A stretch of DNA of 64,000 nt, from contig JADZAE010000077.1 in the NCBI GenBank assembly GCA_020852715.1, forward strand, positions 39,622 to 103,621, written 5' to 3'. Origin of the DNA: Deltaproteobacteria bacterium. GTDB taxonomy: Bacteria > Bdellovibrionota_C > UBA2361 > SZUA-149 > JADZAE01. The notes beneath the pieces are model-generated. The model was not told where the DNA came from. It ran no database searches and saw nothing but the letters and a program-made list of their open reading frames with translations. This document shows positions 52,704 through 63,517 of the stretch, in pieces; positions within the stretch are counted from its first letter, which is position 1, and each line of letters opens with the position of its first letter. A program made the translations under genes and the position numbers.

Positions 52704-52931
52704 CAACCTCCTCCGCGCTACCGCGCCCAGTGGTGAAAATTCCAAACGCATAATGCGTCGCGGTATGGGGTAGGGGCACGCTGCGCGTGGCCCTAAAATA
52801 TATGCGGACGTTACAATTTCAAGGTATGCCCCTACATCGCAATATCCTTAAAGAAGGAAACACACCGGCCTATCAATTTGTCAACAACCTCCTCGGCGCT
52901 GCCGCCACGGTGGTGAAAATTTCACAAACGC
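52704..52931. repeat. Two copies (~47 bp, ~180 bp apart) of a direct repeat CAACCTCCTC(C/G)GCGCT(A/G)CCGC...GTGGTGAAAAT(T)(T/C)CA(C/A)AAACGC, within a GC-rich non-coding stretch.
   Basis: 52704-52750 versus 52885-52931. The palindromic GGGCACGCTGCGCGTGGCCC between them is related to the element at 5406-5432. Confidence 0.45.
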
Positions 52932-53166
52932 TTGTGGAGCGCGGACACATGTTGTGAGCGCCAGCGAACAACTGGGTCGCCGGCGCTACACATGCTCGCG
53001 GCATTTGGCGGCTTCACCGCTCACCATCGCCGGCACTCCCAACGTCGGCAAGTCAGATCTTCCGGCCTTCAGCCTTCAGATCATGCCCCGCGCTCCAAAG
53101 CACCCGCGACATTTTCTTACGTCGATGGCGCTGACGCGTGCTGACCCAAAGTAACGCATTTAAAGG

Positions 53167-53185
53167 ACTTGTGTATAAGACTCAG
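53167..53185. mobile_element. Solo IS50/Tn5-like terminal inverted repeat (19 bp; 18/19 identity to the Tn5 outside end).
   Basis: Reverse complement ctgagtcttatacacaagt versus Tn5 OE CTGACTCTTATACACAAGT. The inside faces left, toward the 52600-53160 repeat region. No transposase ORF is present. Confidence 0.55.
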
Positions 53186-53212
53186 GACCGGCAGTCCCTA
53201 GCAAGCCAGTAG

Positions 53213-54806
53213 CTAATACTTAAACTGTTGCAGTAATTCCTGCAAAGCCGCAGCTCTTTGCGCTAGGTCTGTAGCAACTTGCTGGGTAAGAGTTGCTACG
53301 CTGGCCGCTTGCTGCGAGGTCACAGATACTTCTTTGATACCTGTAGCAATCTCGCTACTGCTGATCGCTACTTCGGCAGCGTTACCGGAAATCTCTCGAG
53401 TGGTGACACTTTGCTCCTCGACAGCACTGGCAATCGTCGTTGAGACATCATTGATCTGCTCAACAATGGCAGTTACTTCGTTTAACGAGTCAATAGCCTC
53501 ATTGGTCCCAGCCTGTATGTCCCGCACACGTCTAGTAATTTCCTCAGTTGAATGCGATGTCTGTTTAGCCAATTCTTTTACTTCGTTAGCAACAACAGCA
53601 AAGCCTTTCCCCGCCTCTCCAGCACGGGCGGCCTCAATGGTAGCATTTAAAGCTAACAAGTTGGTCTGCTCAGCAATGGCGCTAATAAGGTTCACGACAT
53701 TCCCAATTTCCTTGCTACTAGCATCCAGCCTAGCAATCTTATCATTAGTTAATTTTACTGCGTGTAAAGATCTTTGTGCAATTTCTCGCGCACCAGCAGT
53801 ATTATTAGAGATCTCCCTAACCGCCTCTGCCATCTGCTCAGAAGCAGAAGCTACAGTATTAATGTTGGTATTTACTTGCCCGGCAGCAGAAGCAATTATT
53901 TGGGTTTGTGAGAAAGCGTTAAGAGCACTGCTATATACATACTTTGCCCTTCTGATTTCAATTGAGTCGCAGCATCTGCCAAGGCCACAACATTTTGCCC
54001 AATCTGTGATACGGCAGACTGAATCCGAGCAACAAAAGCATTAAACCAATCAGCAACTTGTCTTAATTCATTTTTACTCTGCACATTTAGTCGCCTAGTT
54101 AAATCTCCTTCTCCCTGGGCAATATCACGCAAAGCGGTAATAACAGTAGCCAGCGGTCGGGTAATGCTGTTACTTAAAAATATACCAAGTATAAAAACAA
54201 TACATATGCCCACTAGAATTAATCCCCAGCTTAATTTCCGCATGAGGTTAGCATCTACTTCCGCAGCTTCCACCCGTTCTCGAGCCTTGGTATTATGAAA
54301 CTGGACAATTTGTTCAAAAGCAGCAAAAAGTTTATTGGAAGCGTTTTTAAACTCATTACTTAATTGGGCATTAAAGTGCGTAGTGCTGTCGATATCTTTT
54401 TTACGGGAGATAATCATCTCCTCACCAGTTTTATCCCAGGCAGCAAATGCTTCTTTCACTTCATTATATAAAGCTTCCTCTCCTTCCAAAAAAGGTGTGG
54501 CCAAAAATTCATCACGGTAACGGTTATAATCTGCACGTAAGGACAAATATTTATCGTGAATTTTTCAACCAACTCCTCAGTATTTGACTCTAAGCTGGCG
54601 CGAATAACAAAAGCTCGCATATCCTTAGCCTGCCCATCCATTTTACTAAGCTCAACAGTGGCCGGAAAATTTTTTCACGCCATCTTGTGAAAGTTATCCT
54701 ACAGCTGGTTTAGCGCGTAAGAACTGGCAAACCCTAAGATGATCAATAAGATCGTGGACACTACCGGGCCCAGCAAAACACGCGATCGAAACGAAGTCAG
54801 CGCCAT
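53213..54806 (-). pseudogene. Methyl-accepting chemotaxis protein (4HB sensor, TM, HAMP, MCP signalling domain). Disrupted by two in-frame stops near the N-terminus and at least two frameshifts.
   Basis: C-terminal ...[27 protein letters not shown]... (53213..53833). HAMP/sensor portion in ORF 53896..54546. N-terminus MALTSFRSRVLLG...NQL*DNFHKMA*KNF... Confidence 0.8.
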
Positions 54807-54874
54807 ATAATTCTTTTTAAAAATGTTAGTAAAAGTTGGCGATTAATTTCACCGACTTTTGATTTATAATTTTA

Positions 54875-55294
54875 TTATAGGTCAGAGCCAGCAAGCTCAT
54901 CGCACAATTTAAACACCTTTTGGATTCTTTCTTTTTGAATCCCGGTTCCCAACTTCTCAGCTTCTTCCTGTTTGCCGGCTACGATAGCTGGAACTAGTTC
55001 TTCTTTTCTGGTTTTATGAAAAGCCGCCCATGCCTCTTTCAGCTCGCTAAACTTTGTCTCTTGTTCCGGAGCTGCTTTCATTGTCGCCAGCATTTGATCT
55101 ACTTTATTGGCGGTATCGGCAAGTAACTTCTGCTGATCAGCGCCGCGCTTACTTGGATCTTTCAGCAAAGTGATTAAACTCTACCGCGCCTCTCCCATCG
55201 CTTGTTTAAGTTCAGGAAATGTTTGCGCTACGGCCATGTTAATAGAACCGGCAACTAGAAACAAAAACATCGTTAGTATTAGAATCTTTTTCAT
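54875..55294 (-). pseudogene. Secreted four-helix-bundle (MCP-N-terminal-like) sensor fragment with an in-frame TAG at 55178-55180.
   Basis: MKKILILTMFLFLVAGSINMAVAQTFPELKQAMGEAR*SLITLLKDPSKRGADQQKLL...WAAFHKTRKEELVPAI... No TM2, HAMP or signalling domain follows. Confidence 0.45.
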
Positions 55295-55428
55295 ATAACT
55301 CTCCATGAAAGTCAGTTTGTAATTAAAAAAGTGTGGCCAGATTAACAAACACAGCTCACCTAAGACCAGCACTATCTGGCTCTTCTCGTTTCGCTCTTTA
55401 ACTAAGTATTACTTACTTTATGCTTAAA

Positions 55429-57240
55429 TTAGCTCAAAGTGGGAAGGATTTCGTCGGAGAAATTATCCATTGTGCGTTCTTTAATCATGGCTTCTAGCAG
55501 CTGTACATAATTAGTTAATTCCTTCGTTTGCTGCTCTTTCACGCAATAGCGACGCCAAGTCACGCTGCGATTGTCCTGTTCTTTATTGCCGATAATCAAC
55601 ATATTAGGAATTTTGTGCGTCACAGCGTTTCGAATGCGCTTATTAAAGGTATCATCCGAGGCATCAATGTCTGCTCTGATCATTTTATCTTTAAGCAAGT
55701 TAGCAATTTCTTCAGCATAGCCAAGGACCGAAGGGTTAACAGGAATTATTCTGGTCTGCAGTGGCGACATCCAAGTAGGGAAAGCCCCGCCATAAAGCTC
55801 AATTAAGAACGAAATCATTCTTTCGTGAGTGCTTAATGGCGCACGGTGAACAACAAACAGCGGATGTTCCTGTCCATCTTCACCGACAAAAGTAAGATTA
55901 AATCTGCCACTGGCAGCAAAATCGAGCTGAATAGTGGAAGCTGTTTCCTCGCGCCCCAACAAATTATACAACTGATAATCTATCTTCGGCCCATAGAATG
56001 CTGCCTCACCGATTGCTTCCTCAAACTGGCAGCCTTTGCGCTGCAAAATTGAGCGGATAATATCTTCAGTCTGCGCCCAGGCTTCAGGATTATCGATATA
56101 CTTTTCCTTATTGGCTGGGTCATGCAGGGATAAGCGCATTTTGTATTTTTGAATGCGAAACTTTTTATAATAAAAACTATACATATCGATCAACGCATCA
56201 AATTCTTGCTCGACCTGATCCGGCTTGCAGTAGATGTGCGCATCGTTCATGCTTAACCGACGCACGCGCAATAGACCGGAAAGCGCGCCGGAATCCTCAT
56301 GGCGGTAACAATCTCCATATTCAGCCAGACGCAGGGGTAATTCGCGATAACTGTGCGGCCGATTACCATAAATCGTGTGGTGATGCGGACAATTCATGGC
56401 CTTCAAATAATAGGTAGCCTCACCTTCTGATTGCATCGGCGGGTACATCACATCTTTATAATATGGTAGATGCCCAGATTTATAATACAAACCTTCTTTA
56501 GCTAAATGCGGTGTCGTCACACGCTGATATCCCGCTTGGAATTCTATTTCTTTAGCGAATGTCTCCAAGGCATCCTTAATCACTGTGCCATTAGGTAACC
56601 AAATCGGTAAGCCTTGGCCGACCTCATCCGAAATCATGAAGATTTCCAATTCTGATCCAAGTTTTCTATGGTCACGCTCTTTGGCTAAGCGACGCATTTC
56701 TAAAAAGGCATCAAGTTCTTTCTTGGTGGCGAAAGCCCAACAATATAAACGCGTCAACTGCTGCCGCTTTTCATCGCCGCGCCAATAGGCGCCGGCTATT
56801 GAATCTAAAGCAAAACAATCAGGCCTAATATCAGATGTTTTCTCGACATGAGGACCACGGCACATATCTTCAAAGGATCCGTTTTTATAAAAACCGATAC
56901 CGGTCTCACCTTTGTCAGTTAGTTCTTGGCAGTACTCTACTTTATAAATTTCGTTTTGCTGTTTTAACAGCTCGATAGCCTCGGAAGAAGGTCGAGAAAA
57001 GGCGGTAAATGTCTGCCCCTCTGAAATAATGCGGCGCATTATTTTTTCGATTTGGGGAAAATCTTCGGGAGTAAGCGGCGTCGTTAGATCAAAGTCATAA
57101 TAAAAACCATTCTCAATCGGTGGACCAAAAGCCAATCGCGATTGAGGCCTTATTTCTAAAATCGCCTGCGCCATAATATGCGCTAGCGAATGACGAATCT
57201 TATATATTTTGTCTGCATCTGCGGAACAACAATCACTCAT
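55429..57240 (-). CDS. thrS: Threonyl-tRNA synthetase lacking the N-terminal TGS domain (603 aa).
   Basis: Begins at the editing (N2) domain, HSLAHIMAQAI. Class II motifs and the anticodon-binding domain are present. The upstream in-frame sequence is not TGS-like. Confidence 0.93.
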   Translation of the reverse strand: MSDCCSADADKIYKIRHSLAHIMAQAILEIRPQSRLAFGPPIENGFYYDFDLTTPLTPEDFPQIEKIMRRIISEGQTFTAFSRPSSEAIELLKQQNEIYKVEYCQELTDKGETGIGFYKNGSFEDMCRGPHVEKTSDIRPDCFALDSIAGAYWRGDEKRQQLTRLYCWAFATKKELDAFLEMRRLAKERDHRKLGSELEIFMISDEVGQGLPIWLPNGTVIKDALETFAKEIEFQAGYQRVTTPHLAKEGLYYKSGHLPYYKDVMYPPMQSEGEATYYLKAMNCPHHHTIYGNRPHSYRELPLRLAEYGDCYRHEDSGALSGLLRVRRLSMNDAHIYCKPDQVEQEFDALIDMYSFYYKKFRIQKYKMRLSLHDPANKEKYIDNPEAWAQTEDIIRSILQRKGCQFEEAIGEAAFYGPKIDYQLYNLLGREETASTIQLDFAASGRFNLTFVGEDGQEHPLFVVHRAPLSTHERMISFLIELYGGAFPTWMSPLQTRIIPVNPSVLGYAEEIANLLKDKMIRADIDASDDTFNKRIRNAVTHKIPNMLIIGNKEQDNRSVTWRRYCVKEQQTKELTNYVQLLEAMIKERTMDNFSDEILPTLS

Positions 57241-57386
57241 AAACCGCCCTTTGCCTATAGAATTAAGAAAATGTCGTTAAATAATAAGCACGGTGATTGA
57301 CTGTAACAAATAGTCAAAAGCTAAGCAATGAAACATTTTTGCTGTTTTTGGTGAGTATTCGCAAAAAATCGGGGATTAAAGCTGCT

Positions 57387-57851
57387 CTAGTATCCGACCT
57401 TTTTATCGGTATGATGACTCGCCGGCATACCTTTTTGGCGAGCAATACGTTCTAGTGTCTCTCTAGTAATATTGTATCCACGTAACTCAGCTGAGCTTGT
57501 CGAACCCGGGCTGTTAATTCCGGGAACAACATTAGCCAGTTCATTTAATAAATCCTGATGTGTCAGCCCTGCTCCTGCCAAGTCATTAGGAATCTGAACA
57601 GACTGCACTCTGACTTTGGCATCTTCTATCTGACGTCGATTTTCTTCCGCTTCTCTTTGCGCTTGCTCTACTGCCGCCTTTATTCCTGCTTCAACGGCAT
57701 TACTGGGAAGTACCTCCGCAAAGTTTCTCTGCGGCAATTGCAGTTTCATAAAAGCACTAACAAGTTGCTGCTGGGGATCAATCGGCTGAGCAGTTGCTTG
57801 GGCGTTAAGATGTGGATTAGCGGTTTGCTGCATCGACATTTGCATTGACAT
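57387..57851 (-). CDS. Hypothetical protein with a Gln-rich N-terminus (MSMQMSMQQ...).
   Basis: 154-aa intact ORF. No domain I recognise. Confidence 0.45.
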   Translation of the reverse strand: MSMQMSMQQTANPHLNAQATAQPIDPQQQLVSAFMKLQLPQRNFAEVLPSNAVEAGIKAAVEQAQREAEENRRQIEDAKVRVQSVQIPNDLAGAGLTHQDLLNELANVVPGINSPGSTSSAELRGYNITRETLERIARQKGMPASHHTDKKVGY

Positions 57852-58015
57852 ATAAACCCTTATTTTAATCTATCAAAAATCAAACTTACCTCATCCCTAT
57901 TATTGCTAATCTCAATAAAAAGGAAGCATTAGCCGCCATCCTTTTACTAATCTCCTTATCAGCGGGAATCCAACCTTATAATTATAACAACTTAGACCCG
58001 CCACCGCAGAAGTGG

Positions 58016-59080
58016 TCAATGGCCACCTCTATCTTTAAGCTTGAATAAACCAAAGCGGGTTTGATTGCCAAAGGTGCCACCGGAAGTAAAATCTATTTCG
58101 CCGGCTAAACCTTTATAATGTACTGACTTCATCCCCAACTCAGGATTAGTCCTGTTATTCTTAAAAGCCTCGCTCAGCACTCTTATTGCCTCATAGCCGA
58201 CATAAGCTTCCAAAATCGGGGGCTCTTTAAAACGATCGCGATACTTTTGGGAAAACTCTGCGGAAATTTCCGGATCAGCTATATAGACTCCATCGAACAA
58301 TGAGCCTAAATCTTCCTTGGCTGCAAATACTTCCAAAAAGTTATTGGCCGCTAAGATCGGGCCTTTATAGCCGGCCGCCGCAACCATTTTAGAAAACGTG
58401 ATCGGCTCATGAGCCAAAAGCATCAAGTCAACTTTTTTACCCATAGCTTTAGCAATAGCCGACCGAAAATCCGGAGTCCCTTCGTTGGATTCAAAAACCG
58501 AAACTATTTCCACATTGTATTTTGCTGCCAGCGATTGCCAGATCGTTTTGTAAACGAACCCCCATTGAGTATCATCAAACACGAACATGGCCGCTTTCTT
58601 AATTTCCGGATGGGCTTTAAAATATTCTTCATAAGCGTCAGCCGCATATTTTGTTTGCGTGGCAACAGAATAGGCATAGCCTTTAGCGCTTGGCCAACTG
58701 CTTTTGCTAGGCAAAGAAGTTAAAAGCAATAATTTTTTCTGCTGTCCGGCCATCGGCAGCAGCGGCTCAGCCACGAATCCAAAGTCATCAATGACTACAG
58801 CATCTACTTTGTCTAAATTAGTTAACTTATTAAAGGCGAGCACAGCTTGGCTACCAATAGATTTAGAATCCTCAAAGACTAAATTTATTCTCACCCCCTG
58901 CTTTGCTAAATCCTCAACCGCCAGCTCCACCCCTTTGTTTTGATAATAATTCCATTTACTGGCCATACCGGTAAGGCCGCTGATAACACCAACTTTTAGG
59001 TTTAGCTCTTCACTCTGAACAGTGGGAATGACAAAAATAGAAATAAGAAGGAGAAGAAACCAGCGCAGATGATTAAGCAT
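58016..59080 (-). CDS. ABC-transporter periplasmic solute-binding protein (LivK/Peripla_BP_6-like) with a signal peptide.
   Basis: Signal peptide, then ...KVGVISGLTGMAS... Type-I periplasmic-binding fold pattern. No permease or ATPase genes are adjacent. Confidence 0.75.
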   Translation of the reverse strand: MLNHLRWFLLLLISIFVIPTVQSEELNLKVGVISGLTGMASKWNYYQNKGVELAVEDLAKQGVRINLVFEDSKSIGSQAVLAFNKLTNLDKVDAVVIDDFGFVAEPLLPMAGQQKKLLLLTSLPSKSSWPSAKGYAYSVATQTKYAADAYEEYFKAHPEIKKAAMFVFDDTQWGFVYKTIWQSLAAKYNVEIVSVFESNEGTPDFRSAIAKAMGKKVDLMLLAHEPITFSKMVAAAGYKGPILAANNFLEVFAAKEDLGSLFDGVYIADPEISAEFSQKYRDRFKEPPILEAYVGYEAIRVLSEAFKNNRTNPELGMKSVHYKGLAGEIDFTSGGTFGNQTRFGLFKLKDRGGH

Positions 59081-59088
59081 ACGATCCC

Positions 59089-59415
59089 CTATTGTAAAGG
59101 TAATACTGGCAGCACCGAATGTTTCAGCACTTCTCCATATTCTAGCAATGATTGACAGATCACCATTTGGGCAAAATATAACAGCAAAATTACGACCAAC
59201 ACTGAAAGGTCAAACATTCCCAGCGGCGGCATTTTCTGGCGCACACGGTAGAGGATAGGATCTGTGCAGTTATTGATAAAACGCACAATCGGGTTATACG
59301 GATCAGGGCTTACCCACGATAAAATAGCACGGGCAATAAACAAAATAATAAAAATTGTAATTAGCGATGATAACAGCTGGGCAATTCCAATCAATAAATT
59401 TGCAATCAATATCAT
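59089..59415 (-). CDS. yggT: YggT-family integral membrane protein.
   Basis: ...ILSWVSPDPYNPIVRFINNCTDPILYRVRQ... 108 aa. Confidence 0.78.
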   Translation of the reverse strand: MILIANLLIGIAQLLSSLITIFIILFIARAILSWVSPDPYNPIVRFINNCTDPILYRVRQKMPPLGMFDLSVLVVILLLYFAQMVICQSLLEYGEVLKHSVLPVLPLQ

Positions 59416-59426
59416 AACTCCCTCCC

Positions 59427-60242
59427 CTAACTCTGGCTTATTTCTCGCGCACGCTTCGTCGCTGCTTCTAGCGCATTGATTAATGCTTCCCGCACTCCGG
59501 CTTGCTCTATTACTTGCAACCCGGCAACTGTTGTTCCCCCGGGGGTCGCTACTCTATCTCTTAATATCGAAGGCTGCTCGCCTGATTGAATTAGCATTTG
59601 CGCAGCACCATATACCATTTTAGCTGTCAGCTCCAGAGATAAAGTCGCACTTAATCCCAACTGCACGCCTCCCTGAGCAAAAGCTTCGATCAGGGCAAAC
59701 ATGAATCCCGGTCCGCTTGCCGAAAGCGCCGTAGCAATATCTAAATCACTTTCTTGCTCCATGCGCACAGTTGAACCAACGGTAATCAGAATACTTTCGG
59801 CAATTAACAAACTATTAAGGTCCTCGCTATATAAGGCGGTTATTCCTGAAGCATATACGCAAGCGATATTGGGCATCACTCTGACATAGCGAAAATTAGG
59901 CGCATCTTGTGCAAAACTTCTGATCGTCGCTAGCTTGACCCCGGCAGCCACGGAAATAATCAAAACTTCTTTGCCTTTTTTGTAATTCACGCTTAACTGC
60001 TCGATTACAGCGCGCACGATTTGCGGCTTTACCGCCACAATTACGATCTCGCATTCGTCAGACAAAGCAGAGATTTGTCTGACGCTACGCACGCTAAGCT
60101 GACGCTGTAATATTTCCAATTTGCTTTGGTCGCTATCACAACAAACTATGCTCTCCGCCGAAGAATAGCGGCTTTGAACCAAGCCCTTAGCAATTGCTCC
60201 GCCCATGTTACCGCAGCCGACAACAGCTATTTTCTTATCCAT
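59427..60242 (-). CDS. proC: Pyrroline-5-carboxylate reductase.
   Basis: MDKKIAVVGCGNMGGAIAKGL Rossmann motif. 271 aa. Confidence 0.9.
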   Translation of the reverse strand: MDKKIAVVGCGNMGGAIAKGLVQSRYSSAESIVCCDSDQSKLEILQRQLSVRSVRQISALSDECEIVIVAVKPQIVRAVIEQLSVNYKKGKEVLIISVAAGVKLATIRSFAQDAPNFRYVRVMPNIACVYASGITALYSEDLNSLLIAESILITVGSTVRMEQESDLDIATALSASGPGFMFALIEAFAQGGVQLGLSATLSLELTAKMVYGAAQMLIQSGEQPSILRDRVATPGGTTVAGLQVIEQAGVREALINALEAATKRAREISQS

Positions 60243-60244
60243 AA

Positions 60245-60871
60245 CTAATCCTCATTTACTCGGGTAAAACTTCCCGTTGACCATAGTCCCAAAGCCTTAA
60301 GATCCTCCAGGACTTCACATAGGGGAAGACCGACAACATTACTATAAGAACCTTTGACCTGAGAAATAAAAGCAGCTCCTTTCCCTTGAACGCCGTAAGC
60401 CCCTGCTTTATCCATGGGCTCCTTTGTTAGAATATAGGCATCAATCTCATCACTGGTCATCACACGAAAATGAACATCTGCACTGACTGCCTTAACTAAG
60501 GCTACCTGTTTTTCCAAGCAACATAGGGCATAAGCGCTGATCACACAATGTTTGCGCCCATGCAATAAATTAAGCATACGCCGGGCGTCGTTTTCATCCA
60601 CCGGCTTACCTAAAATTTGCTCAGGTTGATCTTTTTCTTCTGGCAAAACCACTACCGTGTCTGCTGCCAAGACAAATTTACTCGGATGCCTGTGCGCACA
60701 TACTTGAGCCTTAGTCATCGCTAGGCGTTTTACCATCCTTTCGGCATTTTCATTAGCAACAGCACTCTCATCTATGTCTGCCGGATCGACAATGAATTTA
60801 ACATCGACTAGCTCTAGTAATTCTTTTCGCCGGGGAGAAGCAGAAGCGAGAATAATCATTGTTTCCTCCAA
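60245..60871 (-). CDS. maf: Maf-family nucleoside-triphosphate pyrophosphatase (septum formation protein Maf).
   Basis: IILASASPRRKELLE... 208 aa. Confidence 0.88.
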   Translation of the reverse strand: MEETMIILASASPRRKELLELVDVKFIVDPADIDESAVANENAERMVKRLAMTKAQVCAHRHPSKFVLAADTVVVLPEEKDQPEQILGKPVDENDARRMLNLLHGRKHCVISAYALCCLEKQVALVKAVSADVHFRVMTSDEIDAYILTKEPMDKAGAYGVQGKGAAFISQVKGSYSNVVGLPLCEVLEDLKALGLWSTGSFTRVNED

Positions 60872-61912
60872 CTACCGGGCAGTATGTTTCACAGACATCT
60901 CTTTTTTCATAGCCTCGGCCAAAGGTTTAAGCTCTGTCATCAGTTGCGCAAATGCGGCGCTATCCAGCGATTGGTTACCATCACTCAAGGCATTAGCCGG
61001 ATCGGGATGAACTTCGATAATTGCTCCATCAGCACCGCAAGCCAGAGCCGCCTTGGTCATCGGCGACACGTAGCGCGCTACTCCCGTGCCGTGGCTAGGA
61101 TCAACAATCACCGGCAAATGTGTTCTTTCCAGCAATACAGGAATCGCATTTAAATCTAAGGTATTGCGCGTCGCTGTTTCATAGGTCCTAATTCCTCGTT
61201 CACACAATATGACATTGGGATTCCCCTCAGCCAAAATATACTCTGCCGACATTAGTAACTCCTCGACCGTGGCACTTAATCCGCGCTTAAGTAAAACGGG
61301 ATTACGGATTTTTCCCAATTCTCGCAGCAGCGAAAAGTTCTGCATATTACGCGCTCCCACTTGAATTACATCAGCGTAGCGCAGGACAACTTCTAATTGC
61401 TGCACATCCATTAGCTCAGTGACAATAGGTAACCCTGTCTCCTGCTTAGCTAGGGCAAGCAACTTCAAACCCTCCTCGCCCATGCCTTGAAAAGCATATG
61501 TTGATGATCGCGGCTTATAAGCTCCACCACGTAAAGCATTGGCTCCGGCCGCACGAACAATCTTTGCTGCCTGCATAATTTGTTCTTCGCTTTCAACCGA
61601 GCAAGGACCAGCGATTATACAAAAATTATTCTCACCAAATACGCAGTTGACACTAACAGGCACAGGCTGACGAGACACCCCTTTAACCCGAGCGGCAAGC
61701 TTATAAGGCGCGAGCACCGGCATCACTTTGTCCACGCCATCTAAAACCTCCAACCCCAAGAGCTGAGGCTTGCCCCGCTCATCGCCAATGCAAGCAATAA
61801 CGTTACGCTCAACGCCGCGCAAAATATGGGCTCGATAACCCAAATCCTCAATATGCCCGACAGTTATTTTAAGATGCTCTTCTGTAGCATTGGCCGACAT
61901 TACAACTATCAT
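60872..61912 (-). CDS. 3-deoxy-7-phosphoheptulonate (DAHP) synthase, class I-beta, with an N-terminal regulatory ferredoxin-like domain.
   Basis: ...[14 protein letters not shown]...[13 protein letters not shown]... and ...DPSHGTG... KDO8PS/DAHPS I-beta signatures. 346 aa. Confidence 0.85.
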   Translation of the reverse strand: MIVVMSANATEEHLKITVGHIEDLGYRAHILRGVERNVIACIGDERGKPQLLGLEVLDGVDKVMPVLAPYKLAARVKGVSRQPVPVSVNCVFGENNFCIIAGPCSVESEEQIMQAAKIVRAAGANALRGGAYKPRSSTYAFQGMGEEGLKLLALAKQETGLPIVTELMDVQQLEVVLRYADVIQVGARNMQNFSLLRELGKIRNPVLLKRGLSATVEELLMSAEYILAEGNPNVILCERGIRTYETATRNTLDLNAIPVLLERTHLPVIVDPSHGTGVARYVSPMTKAALACGADGAIIEVHPDPANALSDGNQSLDSAAFAQLMTELKPLAEAMKKEMSVKHTAR

Positions 61913-62073
61913 AGTTATGTTTCCCCCAGACTATTTATATGAGTCCTTTATCAATCGCTTCTTTTTCCCTAAGTAAAGTAGTATCCGTTCACGACTTTTA
62001 GTGAGTTTCTATATAAAAGCCCCCTGAGGGGGCAAGTTTTGCGAAGCAAAACTGTTGGGGGGCAGACACTAAG

Positions 62074-62570
62074 CCTTCACAAGATTAGTCGTCTCCGATG
62101 AGGAAACGTCAATAAATTTAAAAATATTCACGTTTCTAATACCCCTGAAATTTTAATGAAAATTATCCCGTGAAGACTTATGTAAAGTAAGCCCGGCAAT
62201 AATTTTGCTATTGGTATCAGAAAGTTACAGGCGCGCTAACAAAAATCTACGATCTGTTTGCCAGCCATACAACCCTATCAGTTCCAACCAAGCCTTCTAG
62301 CACAGAGTCGGCAATTTGATACAACCAACCCGCTGCGGCTATTTATATCGCCACACGAAGTAAGTTGAAACAAAGACTTTGAACAGTATATTACTAAGTA
62401 ATTAAGTTTTGCGTGCGGTATAAAGAAAAGCAAGGATGCCTTTCGCGGAAGCGAAACCCCGATTCGCTTCCGTAAACGCCCATAAATAAGCCACGGATGG
62501 CCTATTTATGGGCAAAATGAAACTAAACCTTCACATATTTAATCGTTTCCGATGAGGAAACGTCAGATTA
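62074..62570. repeat. Two copies of a ~42-bp direct repeat (CCTTCACA(A/T)...TCGT(C/T)TCCGATGAGGAAACGTCA) about 455 bp apart, in a 0.95-kb ORF-free region rich in perfect hairpins.
   Basis: 62074-62115 and 62528-62570. Nearby hairpins: gcccataaata / tatttatgggc (11-bp stem), ttttgc-gaa-gcaaaa, gcccccTGAgggggc. Confidence 0.45.
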
Positions 62571-62860
62571 ATCATTAGTATTTTTATAATAGCGTTATTT
62601 AATTGCAATTTTTAACCATGTGAAGGCTTATCCATTTGCTTAGGGCAAAGATAGAAAGCCGAAGGCCTTTCAGCTCAATAGTTAATTTACTTTTTGCAAA
62701 TGGTATAACTCAATCCCAAATCTAACAACAGAGAATTACCAATAGAATTTCTATCAATTCAGGCAAATCATAGTTGCTATGACCACAAACTATGGATATT
62801 ATGAAGTTGGTTCCCGTTAAAGTTATCAAATTTTAAAATAGTCAGTAAATAACTGCGTCA

Positions 62861-63463
62861 ATGAAAGTTTTAGATTACGAAAAAGATTATTCTCCTGTCG
62901 CCTATCGTAAGCAGATTGAGCTATTGGCTCAGCAAACCAACAATCCGACTGATAACGCCGAAGCCCTTTTTGAATATGCCTACAGTTTAGAACGCGCCGG
63001 GTTTGTGGAATTAGCCAAGGCTCATTACTCAGAAATTATTAAGGTGACAGAAGAACGTCATAAAAATAATCCCAAGACTTGTTCTTCCGTTACCTTGGCA
63101 CATATTTATCTAAATCATGGCAAGCAGTTATTTAGTTTCGGTCGCTTTGAGTGCGCACGAGAAGCTTTCCATCGCGCCAGTAATCTTCTTTATGATCATT
63201 TGAATTACGGAGTCGGATTTTCGGTCATGGAGCTGCTAGCGGAGAGTTTGCATTGGTTAGCCAGATCACAAAGAAAGCTGGGCGATTATGATGACGCTCT
63301 CCACACTTATTCCAAATCCGTTCCGTTATTGAGAAATCTACTCCTTTTTGTCTTGCCTCATGAATTGTCAGAAAAGGTGCAAATCATGTTCCATACCGCT
63401 GTTTATGGGTATTCCAAAATTATGCGCGAGCAAAAAATCCGCGACAACTGGTCTGTGCAATAA
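62861..63463 (+). CDS. Hypothetical TPR-like helical protein (200 aa).
   Basis: Intact ORF with helical-repeat character (...AEALFEYAYSLERAGFVELAKAHYSEII...). Confidence 0.45.
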   Translation: MKVLDYEKDYSPVAYRKQIELLAQQTNNPTDNAEALFEYAYSLERAGFVELAKAHYSEIIKVTEERHKNNPKTCSSVTLAHIYLNHGKQLFSFGRFECAREAFHRASNLLYDHLNYGVGFSVMELLAESLHWLARSQRKLGDYDDALHTYSKSVPLLRNLLLFVLPHELSEKVQIMFHTAVYGYSKIMREQKIRDNWSVQ

Positions 63464-63517
63464 GCACCTATCTTAAACCTAAAAAAACTCAGTCTCTCTT
63501 TGGGTAGCCCTCAAAAA

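Noticed and set aside
52690-52940. Possible CRISPR array (repeated ~47-bp units)
   Set aside because: Only two copies about 180 bp apart, imperfect, with no regular repeat-spacer periodicity and no cas genes. It fits the local palindrome/REP-like repeat family or an IS remnant better.
62090-62110. Hammerhead-ribozyme-like CUGAUGAG...GAAAC core in the direct repeats (CCGATGAGGAAACG)
   Set aside because: There is no stem II between GAUGAG and GAAAC and no convincing stems I and III around it. This is probably a chance resemblance.
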